From Atractiella rhizophila (taxonomy: Eukaryota), in the NCBI GenBank assembly GCA_021432655.1, contig MU271238.1, positions 62,001 to 126,000 of the forward strand: DNA of 64,000 nt, in the 5' to 3' direction. Of this stretch, positions 62,070 through 64,000 are shown in pieces. Position 1 is the stretch's first letter. Every line of letters starts with the position of its first letter. The translations under genes were made by a program, and so were the position numbers. The notes beneath the pieces were generated by a model, which ran no database searches, was not told where the DNA came from, and saw only the letters and a program-made list of their open reading frames with translations.

Positions 62070-63128
62070 TTCCCATAAAAGAGTCTCAAACGCGTGTTTC
62101 AATGCCGAAGGTTATGGTATTGCTAGTCGTACCACGGAGGGTACGTTTTTTGGATGATATGCATCTAGGTGGACGTTGTGTCTAATGGAGGCTCACAGAA
62201 CGGTGACTCGTTTCCGTAACTGACAGGCTCAACCGCATTCTGAGCTTGCGCAGGAGCTTATTTGCATTTTTGAATGCACCATCGATGAGGCTTGTTTCGA
62301 CTGTCTTAGCTTCGTCCGCGCTTGCATTCTGAAATCCTACACGTGCCAATGCGTTGGTCTTGCACAATGCAACGTTTGACTCTTCCTCCTCCCAGATACG
62401 AAGATAGCATTTCCACAAAATTCATCCCCATTGACCAGCTACACCTTGCGTTTTTGGCGGTCCAAAAGAACGTCAACTTCGCTTTTGAGACCGTCCACTT
62501 CCTTCTCGAGAAGAGCACGCTCCTCCTCCCAACTCCACCGCTGTTGGTACACACGTAAACCGTAGAAGGTGAGGAGACAAACTCCAAGAGGTAACGCCAT
62601 CGAAGGAATGATGTCCCTGTACAGGGAGAGATGACGCGATGGCGGTTTAGGAGAGGATGTTGTCGACGATAGACGCCGACAGAGGAGTAGCGAGGCACTA
62701 CATCTGTATCCAGTTCAGAGCATTGAACAAGGCTGAAAGAAGTACCCACTGAGACGCCGTTCTTCGGGAGAGAATGGAGGGGGCCACCATGATTGAGGGA
62801 GAATTTCCGTCTTGAAAAAATAAGACTTCAAGCTTCCTCCTCCAGACAGACAAAACACGTGCCAAAACTGAATATTAATTTGATGTTAATTGGGATTAAA
62901 TCGATATTAATCCATGGTGTTTAAAATTCAGATCACCTCCTCGGTTCCCCTCTCACCCCTCGGCTCCCCGCATGCTTCCGTCCATCTTCCCACCTCTTGA
63001 ATATCCTCCCAAATAATACGCATCTTCCCTCTTAACCGCATTAGTAGACATAACACGCTGCGCACGGTCATTTCCGCCACTTTTCGTAATATACAAAAAC
63101 TTAGGGTGGTATCTGGATGACAGGACCT

Positions 63129-64000
63129 GGGAACATGTTGACTTCAAGTATGTGCCTGCTCCATTGTTTTTCCAGCGGTTCCCTTTCTTTTAGCATAGCC
63201 AGACCTTTTCTCCCTCCAAACTACTGTATAACTTTCGCACTAGCAAACAGCTTGACAACTGCCACTTTTCTAAAGGATCTACAACTGGACTTATGTTGAT
63301 TTTATGTTGAATGAACACGCGAAGTGGCAGAAGGATTAGAGTTTTAAATGTAGTCCGGTTTTGAGCCCTCCGCACTCCTGAAATTTACCAGTGCTAACTG
63401 AAAACTTATTGTCGAAGGAATGTTTCGCAGCATGACTTTTCGGGTCCCAATCCTCTCCACGTCACACTGCACGAGCATCAGACGGCTGACTCAAAACCGT
63501 ACCACTTCTGAGACCGGCGTTGAACAGCCTGTAAAGGAAATTGAGGTCGAGAAGCTGTCTGAGGAAATGTAGGCGTTCAATAGCGTAAATACCAGCCAGT
63601 CGCTAACTCCTTATAGGAAGCATGCAAATGCGGACGACAAGGAATCACCGCGCAAGTCTTCCCGGGGATGTAGGCCATTTCGCGATATCCTTCCTGACAA
63701 TCGTTCTGAGGCGTTGTCGTCTAGTAACGATTCAACGTCGCAATGAGCTGATGTCTCAGGGAACATGTTGACTTCAAGTATGTGCCTGCTCCATTGTTTT
63801 TCCAGCGGTTCCCTTTCTTTTAGCATAGCCAGACCTTTTCTCCCTCCAAACTACTGTATAACTTTCGCACTAGCAAACAGCTTGACAACTGCCACTTTTC
63901 TAAAGGATCTACAACTGGACTTATGTTGATTTTATGTTGAATGAACACGCGAAGTGGCAGAAGGATTAGAGTTTTAAATGTAGTCCGGTTTTGAGCCCTC
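63129..64000. repeat. Exact direct repeat of at least 242 bp (63129-63370 and 63759-64000, offset 630); the second copy runs off the window
   Basis: gggaacatgttgacttcaag...ttttgagccctc is identical at both positions. Confidence 0.95.

Noticed and set aside
62893..62913. AT-rich imperfect palindrome ggattaa-atcgat-attaatcc
   Set aside because: Short and isolated in AT-rich sequence; plausible by chance.

Overview
Intron-rich eukaryotic DNA with short GT-AG introns and CTRAC-type branch sites, most likely a basidiomycete fungus (inferred from gene content and intron style). There is one 4-N assembly gap at 30438-30441. About 20 multi-exon genes can be reconstructed by eye. Conserved housekeeping genes: WDR70, VCX1, RPB4, a ~10 kb neurofibromin/IRA RasGAP, PAM16 and a uracil phosphoribosyltransferase (UPRT). 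Accessory genes: F-box/LRR protein, GH3-PA14 beta-glucosidase, MCT-type MFS transporter, two SAM methyltransferases, BTB and MATH-BTB proteins, a secreted PriA/CPL1-like protein, an apparently F-box-less FBH1-like UvrD helicase and a MYND finger protein. Local duplication dominates the window. A ~4.5 kb segmental duplication (about 20.2-24.8 kb and 51.1-55.6 kb) left a dead UPRT fragment but kept two intact copies of a membrane-anchored pepsin-fold protein whose second catalytic Asp is replaced by Ala (pseudoprotease, receptor-like). A divergent pair of multi-zinc-finger paralogues has N-termini resembling mitochondrial presequences and flanks a small, highly structured element with a Pol III B-box. 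Five genes each carry one unusually long intron that could host an ncRNA. All exon structures are manual reconstructions; no database searches were run.
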